A stretch of 64,000 nt of DNA from an uncultured Chloroflexia bacterium (GCA_963724295.1 CAVRUC010000004.1:96001-160000), one strand, 5' to 3'. Shown: positions 23,770-36,605, numbered from the stretch's first letter. Translations and numbers: made by a program. The notes: generated by a model from the letters alone, not told the origin.

Positions 23770-24957
23770 ATGAGTAATGCCGTCGCCTCGCGTCACCGCG
23801 CGTCCGCGACGCAACGGGACGGGATGCTGACACCGACACCGACAGCCACGACCGATGGCGCAGCGCCGGGCCTCTTGCCGCCGGCGGACACCCCAGAGTC
23901 CGGCTCCGTCGCGAGCAGTCCAAACGACCCCACGACGACGGACGTCCAGGCGACGCTGCGGCGACGGGTGCTGAGCCCGCAGACGCTCATCTCCTTCGGC
24001 ATCGCCATCGCCGTGCTGTGGTTCGTGGTCCGCCGCCTCGACATCGATCCCGGCGCGATATGGGCGCAGATCCGGCAGGCCAATCTGCTGGCTTCTGGCC
24101 GTGGCCTTCATCCTCTGGTATGGCGCGTTCTTCGTCCGTGGCTGGCGCTGGGGCTATATGCTCAATTCCGCGGGTTTCGACCAGGCCACATGGATTTCGC
24201 CTCCCAACCACCCCTGGACTGGCCGAAATCGTGATCCTCGGCCTATTTCGCCAACTCGATCGTGCCGGCCAAGCTCGGCGACGCCTATCGCGGCTATCTG
24301 CTCAAGCGCGAGAGCGACGTCCCCTTCAGCGCCGGGTTCGGGACGATTCTCGCCGAGCGATTAGTCGACGCCATGATGCTCGTGGTCGTGCTGGCGGGAG
24401 CGGCGTTGGTCGTCTTCGGGACCGCCATGCCCTCCCAGGCGAGACCCGCCCTGCTGCTGGGCGCAGCTCTCATCGTCGCCGGGGTGGGCGGGCTGACCCT
24501 CCTCTGGCTGACTCGCAACGCGGTGGTTCGGTTGCTGCCCGGGCGCTTGCAGGAGGCCTACGCGCGTTTGAATGGAGCCATCTTCGGCGCGCTGCGGCGC
24601 CCGGCGCTCGTGTTCGGCATCGGGGCGCTGCTCTGGCTCAACGACGGGATGCGCGTCTGGTTCGTGGCCCGCTCGCTGGACGCCGGCATACCGCTGTCCG
24701 TTGCCATTCTGGTGGCAGTGATGGGCGCATTGCTAACGGTCATCCCGTTTACACCGGCGGGGCTCGGCGTGGTCGAACTCGGCGTAGGCTCGGTGCTGAT
24801 CGGTGTGCTGGGTGTCGATCCGGTGGTGGCTGGGTCGATCATCGTGCTCGACCGCGTCGTCGCCTACTGGAGTTTGCTTGTCGTTGGAGCAGTACTCTAC
24901 TTGCGGCGCACCCGGCGGGAGTACCGGGACCTGGCGTCGACCGTGCCGCCGGCATGA
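23770..24957 (+). CDS. Lysylphosphatidylglycerol-synthase TM / UPF0104 flippase-like membrane protein (frameshifts at ~24095-24245)
   Basis: RGWRW, FANSIVPAKLGDAYRGYLL, ERLVD, TPAGLGVVE, DRVVAYW motifs across three frames. Confidence 0.8.
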
Positions 24958-25115
24958 ACATCCCGCCGTTGGGCAATCCATGGTCCCGCATCCGCGCCTG
25001 GGCCGCCGCCAACCGCGCCCGGGTGGAAATCCTGGCTATTGCCGGAGGCGCCATCGGCCTCATCGTCATCATGTTTGTGGTTACACTCATCATCATCTTC
25101 CGAATGCTGCGCTGA
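24954..25115 (+). CDS. Small single-TM protein (53 aa)
   Basis: ATGA overlap with the upstream stop; MNIPPLGNPWSRIRAW... then a long hydrophobic helix. Confidence 0.55.
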   Translation: MNIPPLGNPWSRIRAWAAANRARVEILAIAGGAIGLIVIMFVVTLIIIFRMLR

Positions 25116-25157
25116 CGGGATCGCCCGACAGCGCCCTACCTTTCAGGGAACCTCATC

Positions 25158-26156
<999 letters not shown>

Positions 26157-26329
26157 TGAACGTGCCGTGAACGTGCACGTGTCAGCCAGCCGCCGCTGTG
26201 CGACACTGCCGCATAACCCAAAAGTTGCCGGTCGCTGTCCGGCGCCGAGAATGAATCCAGCCGGTGAAGGATCTATCCACCGCGGGGACCTCACCAGACT
26301 GGAGAGACCGACAGAAGGAGGCACCCGTA

Positions 26330-28206
26330 ATGGTCGATCTCAATCCCCGTCCGGATCGCTACCGCGATCGGGCTCCCGACCTCGAGAGCGTCAATGGTCT
26401 GATCCAGGCCCGCATCGACGGCGTCATCAGCCGGCGGGAACTCATCCGGCGTGCCGCGGCACTGGCGATCGCCGCGCCCGTGGTCGGCGTGATGCTGCAC
26501 GCCACCTCGGACATGGCCTTTGGCGCGCCGTCGCAGGGCCGCGCGAACGCGCTGCGGCGTCTGGCGCAGGATGGTGGAACGGTGCCCGCCGACGCGCCGA
26601 CCGCCCCTGAAGGCGAGCCCAAGGCGGGCGGCACGGTAACCGTCGGCACCATCGAAGAGCCGGATACGCTCAATCCGTATCTGACTCAGCTCGTCACCGG
26701 ATTCGACATCTACACGGGATCATGGACGCGCTGCTTCGTTACGACAGCACGCAGCAGCTCATCCCGGCCCTGGCCGAGTCGTTCGAAGTGTCCGACGACG
26801 GTCTGACCTACACCTTCACCCTGCGCGAGGGCGTGACGTTCCACAACGGCGACGCATTCGGACCCCAGGATGTCATCGACACCTGGAAGATGATCATGAA
26901 CGAGGAGTTCGCCGCCTTCTCGACACTTGGCTGGGACAAGATCACCGATATCACCTCCCCTGATGAACGCACGGTGGTCATGGAGACCGAGCGAGGTCTT
27001 CGCGCCATTCCTCGCGTACGTGCGGCGGCGAACCGGTTCCGTCATCAGCCCCGCCTCCGAGCTGGCGAAGGGTCCCGAGACATTCAAGACCGAGTTCGGC
27101 CGCACGCGTCTGATCGGCACGGGTCCGATGAAGTTCGTCGAGTGGGACAGCAAAGCAGCAAGTCGTTCTCGAGAAGTACGCGGACTACTGGGGAGAACCC
27201 GCGCATCTCGACCAGGTCATCATCCGCTTCATTCCCGACGACAGCACCCAACTCGTGCAATTGCGCACCGGCGAAATCCAGATGGCCGATCGGAGCGGGC
27301 TCGCTAGGCGCGCTTCGCGTCGACGAAGCACTCGGCATCGAGGGAGTCACCGTTCTCGAGCATCCGTCGCCGGGTTGGTCCCACCTCGATCTCAAGCATC
27401 TCTTCTTCCTGCGCCATCCGCTCGTGCGCCAGGCGCTCGACTTCGCCACACCTACCCAGGACATCGTCGACAAGCTGCTCAAGGGCCGGGCGGTGCGCGT
27501 CGATCGCCGACCAGCAGCCGGGCACCTGGGCCTTCAACCCGAACATCGAGGGTCGACCGTTCGACCTCGAGCAGGCCAAGGCGCTTCTGGCCGAAGCCGG
27601 GCTGACGCAAGATGCCGACGGCGAACTGGGAAGGGAAAGTCCCGACCGAGGATCCACTCGTGCTCGATGGCGAAGTCCGCAAGTTCGAGATGGAGCTGTG
27701 GGGCATCAGCGGCGACACGCAGCAGCAGCAGATCATCCAGGTGATCGAACAGGCGTGGAACCAGGCCGGGATCAAGACGACCGCCAACTTCCAGGATGTC
27801 TCGACCATCTGGGGTCCCGAGGGATACCAGTGGAACCCGGAGACAATGACTGCCTGCCTCTATTCCTGGTTCAACGGCAACGATCCGGACGACATGTCCT
27901 ACTGGCACTCCTCGCAGATTCCCGCCCGATCCGACGGGAACCGGCGGCAACGCCATCGCCTACTTCCACGAGTTCAACTTCCAGGAAGAGATCGACGAAT
28001 TGACAGAGCAGGCGGCGACGGAGACCGACCAGGAAGCCCGCAAGGAGCTCTACTGGCAGATCCAGGAGTTGCTGCACGAGCAGGTGCCGGTCATCTTCCT
28101 CTACTGGGGGAAGAGCTTCCCGGCGCTGCGAGACAATATCGGCGGCTTCTGGCCAAGCGCGTTCAACCGCATGCTCTGGAACGTCCAGGAGTGGTACCTG
28201 GTCTAG
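26330..28206 (+). CDS. Peptide ABC transporter substrate-binding protein (family 5), Tat-type leader; several frameshifts
   Basis: ATG after GGAGG; SRRELIRR leader; LAESFEVSDDGLTYTFTLREGVTFHNG; IGTGPMKF; VRQALDFA; pieces in about 5 frames. Confidence 0.85.
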
Positions 28207-28246
28207 ACTGCGAATAGCGGGCTGCGTGAACCGTCGCCGCGCTCGA

Positions 28247-28282
28247 GACGGACTCGCTGGTGAATTCACCGGCGAGTCCGTC
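28247..28282. repeat. 36-bp near-perfect palindrome between SBP and permease genes
   Basis: GACGGACTCGCTGGTGAA|TTCACCGGCGAGTCCGTC, one mismatch. Confidence 0.85.
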
Positions 28283-28328
28283 GCTCATCCGCGCACGCCG
28301 GAGGGATTCCTGACCAGGAGAGTGAGCA

Positions 28329-29279
28329 GTGCTCCGCTTCGTCGCGCGCCGCGTGCTGGAATCGATTCCGCTGCTGCTTGGCATCGCGGTGCTCTCATTC
28401 ATCTTCATGCAGCTGGCGCCTGGCGGGCCCGACGCGCTTTTTGCCCGCAACGGGCGCATGTCCGCCGAACAGCTGGCAAACATCCGCCGCAGCATGGGTC
28501 TGGATCGCCCTCCCCACGAGCAGCTACTTGCCTGGATTACGAATATCTTCCAGGGCAACCTGGGCGTCTCGTACAGCCAGTTCCGACCGGTGTCGGAGGT
28601 GATCGTCGAGGTCTTCCCCAACACCGTCATCCTCATGGCCGCGGGACTGATGATCTCGCTGGTATGCGCGCTCATCTTCGGGATCCTGGCCGCTCGTAAT
28701 CCCTACGGGGTGTTTGATAACGTCTCCTCCTTCTTCAGCTATTTCGGCCTGGCCATGCCGGTCTTCTGGTTCGGGCTGATGCTTCAGCTCCTCTTTGCCG
28801 TGCGGCTCGGCTGGCTGCCCTCGGCCGGGATGTACAGCGCCGGCGGGGGTGGCCTGCCCGATCTGCTTCGCCATCTGGTTCTGCCAGCCCTCACCATCGC
28901 CATCGGTTCGATCGCGGGCTGGAGCCGATACGTCCGATCCTCCACCGTTGAGCAGTTGTCTCAGGATTATGTCCGCTCCGCCCGCTCAAAGGGGCTCTCC
29001 GAGCAACGGGTGATGACCGGCCACGTGCTGCGCAACTCGCTGATCCCGCTTGTGACGGTCGTCGGCATCGACGTTCCACTCTATCTGACGGGCGCGGTGC
29101 TCACCGAGACGGTCTATTCCTGGCCCGGGATGGGACGACTCTTTTTCGACGCGTTGACCGTACGCGACTACCCGGTGCTGATGGGGATTCTGGTCCTGGG
29201 TGCGGTACTGATCATCCTCGGCAACCTGCTCGCGGATCTCGTCTACGGTCTCCTCGACCCGCGGATCAGCTATTCCTGA
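28329..29279 (+). CDS. Peptide ABC transporter permease (OppB/DppB-like)
   Basis: GNLGVSY, MPVFWFG, EAA-loop DYVRSARSKGL, ETVYSWPGMG, DPRI. Confidence 0.93.
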   Translation: MLRFVARRVLESIPLLLGIAVLSFIFMQLAPGGPDALFARNGRMSAEQLANIRRSMGLDRPPHEQLLAWITNIFQGNLGVSYSQFRPVSEVIVEVFPNTVILMAAGLMISLVCALIFGILAARNPYGVFDNVSSFFSYFGLAMPVFWFGLMLQLLFAVRLGWLPSAGMYSAGGGGLPDLLRHLVLPALTIAIGSIAGWSRYVRSSTVEQLSQDYVRSARSKGLSEQRVMTGHVLRNSLIPLVTVVGIDVPLYLTGAVLTETVYSWPGMGRLFFDALTVRDYPVLMGILVLGAVLIILGNLLADLVYGLLDPRISYS

Positions 29280-29307
29280 TGGCTGCGCTCGTTATGGGAG
29301 GAGCGTC

Positions 29308-30272
29308 GTGAGCGTCGACACCTCAGCGAGATCACGCTCGACCGAGCGCACCGATCCGGCGGTCGGTCCTGAATTCGCCGAACCCGGCTCGCTCGACCAT
29401 CGCGTCCGATCTAGTCAGCAAGCCCGCCGCGCAGTCCCTGGAGCATTGCATTCCGCCGCTTCCGGGGCTCGAAGCTCGCGTTGTTTGGGCTGCTGCTGAT
29501 CGCGCTGATGACGCTGGTGACGATCTTCGCCGACGTGATCGCGCCTTACGGCGAAAATGAGATCGATCTCTTCAACATCACCGCGCAGCCATCAGAGGCA
29601 CACGTCCTCGGTACCGACGAACTGGGACGTGATGAGCTGAGCCGTCTGCTCTACGGCGGCCGCATCTCGCTCTCTCGTCGGGATCGGCGCCGCGCTGATC
29701 TCGACGTTGCTCGGGATCATCGTCGGGGCCATCGCTGGCTATTTACGGCGGGTGGCTCGATACGCTACTGATGCGATTCGTCGACCTGATGCTCGCGTTT
29801 CCCGCCATTTTCCTGCTCTTGATCCTCTTCGCCATCTATGGCAGCTCGGTCCTGAGCGTGGTGCTTTTTCTCGGACTCTTCTCCTGGATGTGGCTGGCTC
29901 GGGTCATCCGCGGCGAGTTCTTGTCCCTCAAGCAACGCGATTTCGTCGAGGCGGCACGATCCATCGGCGTGCCGAATGGCACTGATCATCCGTCGTCATC
30001 TCCTGCCAAATGTGATGGCGGCCATCATCGTTTCGGCGACGCTCAACATCGCCGTTGCCATGCTTTCTGAAGCGTCTCTGTCGTTTCTCGGGTTCGGGGT
30101 TCCGCCTGAAACCCCAACCTGGGGCAACATGCTGAACGCGGCCCGACCGTACTACGTAACCGTCCCGATCCTGGCCATCGCTCCAGGCTTGACGCTGACC
30201 ATCGCCGTGCTGGCGATCAATTTCGTCGGCGACGGCCTGCGCGATGCGCTCGATCCCCGCGGTCGAGGTTGA
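29308..30272 (+). CDS. Peptide ABC transporter permease (OppC/DppC-like), frameshifted
   Basis: HVLGTDELGRD, DFVEAARSIG, HLLPNVM, EASLSFLGFG, GDGLRDALDP in successive frames. Confidence 0.85.
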
Positions 30273-30293
30273 GTCGATGAGCGCGGGCAACGA

Positions 30294-31328
30294 GTGATCC
30301 CCCTGATCGAAACCGGCGGTTCCTGGCGCGACATCGGCTACGACGTCGGCGCCGGCGTGCGCGAGCAGCTCCAGTCCGCCGCCGCTTCGACCCGGGCCGA
30401 ATTGGGCGGCATCGACCCGGCTGCCGTCATGGCGAACATCGGGCCCTATCTCCGCATTACGGAGGAGGTCGCCCCGGACGTCGTCGCCGAGCTACGCGGC
30501 ATGGCGGAAGGATCGGGCGTACCGTTCGAGACCCTCTTCGTGCTCAATGCCGGCGCCGAGCTGACGCAGTCGCTCGGCCGCATCGAATGCACCGTCGCCG
30601 GCATCACCGCCGCCGGCACGGCCGACGGACACGTGCTGCTGGCCCATAACGAGGACGCCACCGCCGGTTGGGGCGATCTCACCTACGTGATCAAGGCCCA
30701 GCCCGACGAGGCGCCCGCGTTCGTCGCCTTCACCTACGCGGGACTGCTGCTGCACCAGGGAGTCAACGCCGCCGGTCTGGGCTCGGTCGGCAACGCGTTG
30801 TACGCCCGCGACGCGCGACCTGGCATCCCCAAGCTCCTCCAGTACCGGCGCGCGATCACCCAATGCACGATCGAGGGCGCGATTCGGACGGTGACTGACT
30901 GCCGCCGCGCCTACGGCAACAACCATCTCTTCGCCACCGCCGACGGCGATCTCTACGACGTCGAGGTCTCCGGGTCGCGCTGGGCGATGCGCTCGGGTGG
31001 CAACGGATTCCTGGCGCACGCCAACCACTTCACTCTACCCGGCATGACCGATCTCGACAAAGACGAAGACCTTCTCAACTCACGGCTGCGCCAGACCCGC
31101 GTCGAAACGCTCGTCGAGCGCCATTGGGGCAGCATCGACGCCTGTGGGCTACGCCGGCTGATGGCCGATCACGCGAACTACCCGCGCTCGGTCTGCAAGC
31201 ACCACGCGCCGGAGAGCGACCTCGACTACGGCACGATCGGGAGCGTCGTCATCGACGTCACCGACCGCGTCCTGTGGGCCTGCGCCGGGAACCCGTGTCG
31301 CGGCGAATGGCGCGAGGTGCGGCTCTAG
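30294..31328 (+). CDS. C45 family autoproteolytic acyltransferase/peptidase (Ntn hydrolase)
   Basis: ELRGMAEG, cleavage site E-CT, AHNED, GVNAAGL, HANHF. Confidence 0.87.
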   Translation: MIPLIETGGSWRDIGYDVGAGVREQLQSAAASTRAELGGIDPAAVMANIGPYLRITEEVAPDVVAELRGMAEGSGVPFETLFVLNAGAELTQSLGRIECTVAGITAAGTADGHVLLAHNEDATAGWGDLTYVIKAQPDEAPAFVAFTYAGLLLHQGVNAAGLGSVGNALYARDARPGIPKLLQYRRAITQCTIEGAIRTVTDCRRAYGNNHLFATADGDLYDVEVSGSRWAMRSGGNGFLAHANHFTLPGMTDLDKDEDLLNSRLRQTRVETLVERHWGSIDACGLRRLMADHANYPRSVCKHHAPESDLDYGTIGSVVIDVTDRVLWACAGNPCRGEWREVRL

Positions 31329-31417
31329 CACGAGGGGCCTACGTCGCCCGGGCCGCGACTAGAGCAGGTGATGGCGGCGTCGCTCGTGCGGCCGGCGGCG
31401 CGGCCGCGTTCCAGCTC

Positions 31418-31459
31418 GAACTTGATGAACTTGATGAACTTGATGAAGTTGATGAACTT
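31418..31459. repeat. 9-bp tandem repeat (GAACTTGAT)x4.7
   Basis: Read directly from the sequence. Confidence 0.9.
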
Positions 31460-31529
31460 CACAGACGCTGGACTGAAGACGCCGCCTTTCCCTGGCCGAC
31501 GTTTCCAGCTCCAGACAGGCGTGCTTTCG

Positions 31530-31559
31530 TTGACAGCAGGGACAGGCGATTGGTATGCT
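31530..31559 (+). promoter_or_regulatory. sigma70 promoter of tRNA-Asp
   Basis: TTGACA-18 bp-TATGCT with extended TG; 10 bp upstream of the tRNA. Confidence 0.75.
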
Positions 31560-31569
31560 CAAACATACT

Positions 31570-31643
31570 GGAGGCGTGGTGTAGTGGCCTAACATGCAGC
31601 CCTGTCAAGGCTGAGATCGCGGGTTCGAATCCCGTCGCTTCCG
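31570..31643 (+). tRNA. tRNA-Asp (GTC)
   Basis: Acceptor GGAGGCG/CGCTTCC, discriminator G, anticodon arm CAGCC-CTGTCAA-GGCTG, T-loop GGTTCGAATCC; followed by CCG, so CCA is not encoded. Confidence 0.96.
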
Positions 31644-31930
31644 CCGATTCGTCACGGTGAACAACTACTTCCTACGTTCATGCTCTTGGATACCTGAGAA
31701 GCCACGCGTTATTGTTCACTGCTGCCTTGCTCATTCTCCAGGACGGCCGCGCAGGCTCGGGCCGAGCCCCAGCCACGGGTGAGCCTCCGGCTCGGCGTGA
31801 CGGGCGAGACTCCCGTCCGGCTATGGGATCGGCCGCCAGTCTGGATTCCAACGCGGTTGTCCCCAAGCATCGATTCTCCTGCTGCACGACGTCTTCCGCT
31901 CGACTGACCCACGTTCCACATCCCCTCGCT

Positions 31931-33022
31931 CTACGCGCGGAGCTGCGGTGGCTCTCTCACGAGCAGGGTCGGGCGCAGGCCTGCTGTGGCCACGGAGCGC
32001 AGGCGATGGAGCACCGCGAGATGCCGAGGCAGGGACTGCGCCGTTGCCAGCCACACCCCAGCCAGAATGAGCGCTCCCCCGATGACTTGCCCCAGCGAGA
32101 TCGCCTCGCCGAGCACGGCGACCGCAACGCCGATCCCGACCAGCGTCTCCACGTTGCCGAAGACCGCAACCTGGCCGGCTTCAAGCCGACTCAGCCCGAA
32201 GACCGACAGGGCGTAGGCCAGCCCCGAACACCCTGCGCCCAGGTACAGCACCAGTAGAACATCACCCGCATCTGGTGCCAGCGCAGCGCCAGCGAGCAAC
32301 TCCAGCGCGGCTGGTAGGCACAGGAAGAGCAGCCCGTAACCAACGCCACCAGTGACGAGGGCGAGCGGATGACCATCGACGGCGATCTTGCGACCGATGA
32401 CGTTGTAGGCGGCGAAGCAGGCAGTTCCGATCAGGAAGAAGCCGTTCCCGACGAGTGAGCTACCGAGGTTGCCGGCAGCGGGCAGGACAGTCAGCGCCAC
32501 CCCGGCGACGGAGGCGAGGACGCCGAGCACGCGGCGACGTGACGGCTGTTCGTGTAGCGTCATGGCAGCGAGCAGGAGGACGAAGATAGGCGTGGCCGCT
32601 TCGAAAAGGCTCGCATTGGTGGCCGGCGCGAAGTGCAGGCCGACATTGCGGCAGAGGACGAAGGCTGCCATCCCGGTCAGCCCGAGCAGGGCTGGGGCCA
32701 GACCGCGGGCGGGGCGTGCGCCGGACCGGTGTAACAGCAGTCGCAGCACTATCCAGGCCACGGCGAGCCGGGCTACGCCGAGGGTGAGCGGTGGGACGTG
32801 GTCGAGGACGAGCCGTGTGGCACCGGGGGACGTGCCCCATATCACGCTCGCTGCGAGAACCGCGAGCACGGCGTGCACACGACGATCCGGTCGGGGAACC
32901 GCGTGCGATAGCCACGTCCTTACACTGGCGATCCCGGAACGTGTCCATGCATGATCCGGGACCGCAGAGGGCATCGGAACCACGTCGACCCGCGAGGGCA
33001 GCGAGGGACTCGCAGTGGCCAT
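31931..33022 (-). CDS. EamA/DMT family transporter
   Basis: Two EamA repeats (IWG..., PPLTLGVARL, GEAISLGQVIGGALIL); ATG after GGAGG. Confidence 0.9.
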   Translation of the reverse strand: MATASPSLPSRVDVVPMPSAVPDHAWTRSGIASVRTWLSHAVPRPDRRVHAVLAVLAASVIWGTSPGATRLVLDHVPPLTLGVARLAVAWIVLRLLLHRSGARPARGLAPALLGLTGMAAFVLCRNVGLHFAPATNASLFEAATPIFVLLLAAMTLHEQPSRRRVLGVLASVAGVALTVLPAAGNLGSSLVGNGFFLIGTACFAAYNVIGRKIAVDGHPLALVTGGVGYGLLFLCLPAALELLAGAALAPDAGDVLLVLYLGAGCSGLAYALSVFGLSRLEAGQVAVFGNVETLVGIGVAVAVLGEAISLGQVIGGALILAGVWLATAQSLPRHLAVLHRLRSVATAGLRPTLLVREPPQLRA

Positions 33023-33300
33023 AGTGGGTCCTCCCTCCATGTTGCGGCTGTCCGAACCCCACACCTAGATGGCCGACGACCCGCGCCGGACACGTGTCGC
33101 GCCGGACTCGGGGTACCAGGATTGCCCTTCGAGGGTTCGTGGCAACGCAATTCTCCGGCGCACCCCGATCGGGCACTACGCGCGTTACCCACGCATTGCC
33201 CACGCATTCGAGGTTCATAAGCAATTGAAGGTGCGCTAAACTTCCTGGCTAGCGGTATTCGACTCCTGCTCGACCCAACGGCGTGAGCGGGAGGGGCCAG

Positions 33301-35868
33301 ATGAACGGTTGCAATTCTTCATTCGGTGAGCTCCTGCGACAACTGCGCACCGATGCGGCACTCTCACAGGAGGAGTTGGCCGAGCTTGCGGGCCTGAGCC
33401 TGCGCGGTGTGAGCGACCTGGAACGGGGGGCGCGGCGCACGCCGCATCTGAGCACGGTCGGCATGCTGGCCGAGGCGCTCAACCTCGGACGCGAGGACCG
33501 GCAAGCGCTCGTGGCCGCGGCTCGCCCCGAGCCGCCGGTCACGCGCTCGGGCGACGCAGTCAACGGCCGGACCCTGGCGGCGCTGACGCCACTCGTCGGG
33601 CGCCAGCAAGAGCTGGGCGACCTGGCAGCGATGCTGCGCCGTTCCGACATCCGGCTGCTGACGCTGACCGGGCCCGGGGGTGTCGGCAAGACTCGCCTCG
33701 CGCTCAGTGCGGTAGCCGCGGTGTCGGATCACTTTCCCGATGGGCTCACACTCGTTCCGCTCGCCCCGGTTAGCGATCCAGCGCTGCTGGCTCCCGCCAT
33801 CGTCAAGGCGCTCGGTGTGCGCGAGGCGGGCGACGGGACCCTGATTGAGCGACTGAAGGCCGTCGTCCGCGACAAGCGTCTCCTGCTGGTGCTCGACAAC
33901 TTCGAGCAGATCGTCGAGGCCGCACCATACGTGGCCGACCTCCTCGTCAATTGCCCCAACCTGACGGTGCTGGTCACCAGCCGCGTCCGCCTCCGGGTCT
34001 CCGGGGAGCGTGTGTTCCCGATCGCCCCGCTCGGGCTGGTTGAGCTTGATCGCCATTGCAGCGTCGCGGATGTCGCTGCGTCCGATGCGGTTCGGCTCTT
34101 CATCACGCGCGCGGAGGCGGTCCAGCCCGGTTTCGCGCTGACTCCGGACAACGCTGTCGCCGTCGCCGAGATCTGTCGGCGCTTGGACGGACTGCCCCTC
34201 GCGATCGAGCTCGCCGCTGCTCGGGTCAAGATGCTCCCGCCATCGGCACTCCTCGGCCGACTCGACCGCCGACTGCCACTGCTGACTGGGGGAGGACGTG
34301 ATGTCCCGCAACGGCAGCAAACGATGCGGGATGCCATCGCCTGGAGTCACGATCTGCTCAGTCATGAGGAGCAGGTGTTCTTCCGGCGCCTGGCGGTCTT
34401 CGCCGGTGGCTTCACGCTCGAGTCGGCGGAGACTGTCGTGAGGAATCCAGGGGAGCTGGGGATCGACCCACTGGACGGCGTGGCCTCACTCCTCGACAAG
34501 AGCTTGTTGCAGCGGGAAGTGGGACCGGGTGGGGAGCCGCGCTTCACCATGCTGGAGACCGTGCGAGAGTTCGCCCTCGAGCAGCTAGCGGCGAGCGGCG
34601 AGGACGCCTCAGTTCGGCAACGCCACGCAGCCTGGTATCTGGCACTGGTGGAGGCGGTCGGGCGCGATCTTGAGTCGGGTCGAGCGGAGGCTGCCTGGTA
34701 CGTTCGCTTGGACGCCGATTTGGACAACCTGCGTGCGGCAGTAGCGTGGTTCGACGCAGCAGATGAGCCGATCAACGTTCTCCGGCTGCTCTCGGCGATC
34801 TCTGGCTACTGGTTCGTCCGGCCCTACCTTGCTGAGGTCCGCGGCTGGCTGGAGCAGGCTCTCCGTACCGCCCCCGACGCACCCATCGCTGTCCGCGTGG
34901 AGGCTCTCCACGTTGCCGCGATTACGACCAGCTTCCTCGGCGACGCGCCAGCGGCCGTCGCCCATGCCGAGGAGGAGGTGGCTCTCGCCCGCGAGCTCGG
35001 TGACTCACTTGCGCTCGGTCGCGCACATTACGACGTCGGCCTGGCCTGGGCGTTCGCTGACGACGTCGCGCGAGCAGCGGTAGCCTATGAGGAGGCGGTG
35101 TCGCTGTTGCGGACGACCGGGGTGCCATTGTGGGAAGCCATGGCGCTCGCTGAGCTCGGCGACACCCGACTCATGATGGGCGACGTGGCGGGGGCCGTGC
35201 CTCTGCTCGATGAGGCCCTCGCACTTCACCGCCGTAGCGAGTTCCCGGTGCGCATCGCGGTGACCCTCGGCGAACGCGCCCACGCCGCGCGGATGCAAGG
35301 CGACCAGGCGCTGGCCAGCCGCCTGTTCATCGAGAGCATGACCGTCGCCGCGGAGATCGGCTCCGAGCGCTTCCTCCTGGGTGCGGTGGCTGGTCTGGCC
35401 GGCGTTGCCCTGGCACTCGGGCAGCCGGAGCGGGCGGCACGGTTGTTGGGCGCAGTGGAGACGACGGCGACGTCGAGCGGCGGCGGTCGGGTCGCCCATG
35501 CGGCGCACACCGCGCGCATCCTCGCCGAGGTACGGGCAAGCCTCCCTGAGCCGGTGTTTGCCGCCGCCTGGGACGAGGGACGGGCGCTCCCGTTCACTGA
35601 TGCACGCGCCGACGCTATGGCACTCGCCGCGTCCGCAGAGGAGCCGCCAGCAGCTGTGCCCGACGTCGCCAGCAGGTGCGGGCTGACGGCCCGAGAACTG
35701 GATGTCCTGCGGCTGCTTGTGGAAGGACACTCCGATCGCCAGATCGCCGCGGCGCTTTACATCGGCACACGCACCGTCCAGACCCACGTCGCGAATCTCT
35801 TAACCAAGCTCAGGGTCAATACCCGCGCTGCGGCGGCTGCCGTCGCGGTGCGCTGCGGCATCGTTTGA
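33301..35868 (+). CDS. STAND-type regulator: XRE HTH + NB-ARC-like ATPase + TPR + LuxR HTH
   Basis: [56 protein letters not shown]...TVQTHVANL. Confidence 0.92.
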   Translation: MNGCNSSFGELLRQLRTDAALSQEELAELAGLSLRGVSDLERGARRTPHLSTVGMLAEALNLGREDRQALVAAARPEPPVTRSGDAVNGRTLAALTPLVGRQQELGDLAAMLRRSDIRLLTLTGPGGVGKTRLALSAVAAVSDHFPDGLTLVPLAPVSDPALLAPAIVKALGVREAGDGTLIERLKAVVRDKRLLLVLDNFEQIVEAAPYVADLLVNCPNLTVLVTSRVRLRVSGERVFPIAPLGLVELDRHCSVADVAASDAVRLFITRAEAVQPGFALTPDNAVAVAEICRRLDGLPLAIELAAARVKMLPPSALLGRLDRRLPLLTGGGRDVPQRQQTMRDAIAWSHDLLSHEEQVFFRRLAVFAGGFTLESAETVVRNPGELGIDPLDGVASLLDKSLLQREVGPGGEPRFTMLETVREFALEQLAASGEDASVRQRHAAWYLALVEAVGRDLESGRAEAAWYVRLDADLDNLRAAVAWFDAADEPINVLRLLSAISGYWFVRPYLAEVRGWLEQALRTAPDAPIAVRVEALHVAAITTSFLGDAPAAVAHAEEEVALARELGDSLALGRAHYDVGLAWAFADDVARAAVAYEEAVSLLRTTGVPLWEAMALAELGDTRLMMGDVAGAVPLLDEALALHRRSEFPVRIAVTLGERAHAARMQGDQALASRLFIESMTVAAEIGSERFLLGAVAGLAGVALALGQPERAARLLGAVETTATSSGGGRVAHAAHTARILAEVRASLPEPVFAAAWDEGRALPFTDARADAMALAASAEEPPAAVPDVASRCGLTARELDVLRLLVEGHSDRQIAAALYIGTRTVQTHVANLLTKLRVNTRAAAAAVAVRCGIV

Positions 35869-36053
35869 TCGTAGCCGGCGTCTCCGCAATCGGCGGAGAT
35901 TACGGAGAGCAGCGTCGCATCGCCCGTGAGCCAAATTCCGTAATCCGTTCCGCAATCTCCACGATGTGCGTGCCGCGACGGCAGCGGAGGATAGAGCCAC
36001 GCCCGCGACGGGCGCTGGAGATCGAACTGATCAATGGCTCCAAGGAGGACACC

Positions 36054-36305
36054 GTGGTTCCAGGTATCACGGACACCGAGTGCCGCATCAAGCAGTTGCG
36101 CTACCGGGAGCTGCACGTGGAGGCCGAGCGGCAGCGTCTGGCCGCCACGGCCTGCGCTCAGAAAGACCGAGGGGGAGTTACGGAGACGTTGCAGAGTCGC
36201 ATCGCCATGCTCATGGAGCGGCGCCGTCACTTCCTGCACCGCCTGCGCTCAGCGGACGCGAGGGACCATGCCATCGCTCCTGGCACGCTCGCGGTGAGCA
36301 AGTAG
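36054..36305 (+). CDS. Small hypothetical protein (83 aa)
   Basis: GTG after a strong AAGGAGG RBS; helical ELHVEAERQRLA segment. Confidence 0.6.
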   Translation: MVPGITDTECRIKQLRYRELHVEAERQRLAATACAQKDRGGVTETLQSRIAMLMERRRHFLHRLRSADARDHAIAPGTLAVSK

Positions 36306-36329
36306 TGACTGACGCGGGTGCGAGACGAT

Positions 36330-36605
36330 TCAGACTGCTGGGAGCTGTCGGAGCACGGTCCGGATCGTCTCGTGGCTGACGCCGAAGTCTGCAGCAAGGT
36401 CGCGCAAGGTGTGGCTGCCTGCTTCGCTTCGGATGGTCGCTTTCTGCTCGGCGGTAAGCTTGCTCTGGCGCGGAGCGTAGTATGCCGTACGCTTGGACCG
36501 ACCGCTCAGGCGGCGAGGCGGGACGACGGCAATGTCGATGGGATCTGTGCCACGTGTGTCATGACGCGCTGGCGACACCGATCCCCGTCGCTTCCGCCCG
36601 TTCAT
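36330..36605 (-). CDS. Small HTH DNA-binding protein
   Basis: KLTAEQKATIR...TLRDLAADFGVSHETIRTVL helix-turn-helix. Confidence 0.6.
   Translation of the reverse strand: MNGRKRRGSVSPARHDTRGTDPIDIAVVPPRRLSGRSKRTAYYAPRQSKLTAEQKATIRSEAGSHTLRDLAADFGVSHETIRTVLRQLPAV

Noticed and set aside
31418..31459. CRISPR array (this and the other tandem repeats)
   Set aside because: Units are 7-9 bp with no unique spacers, and there are no cas genes in the window.
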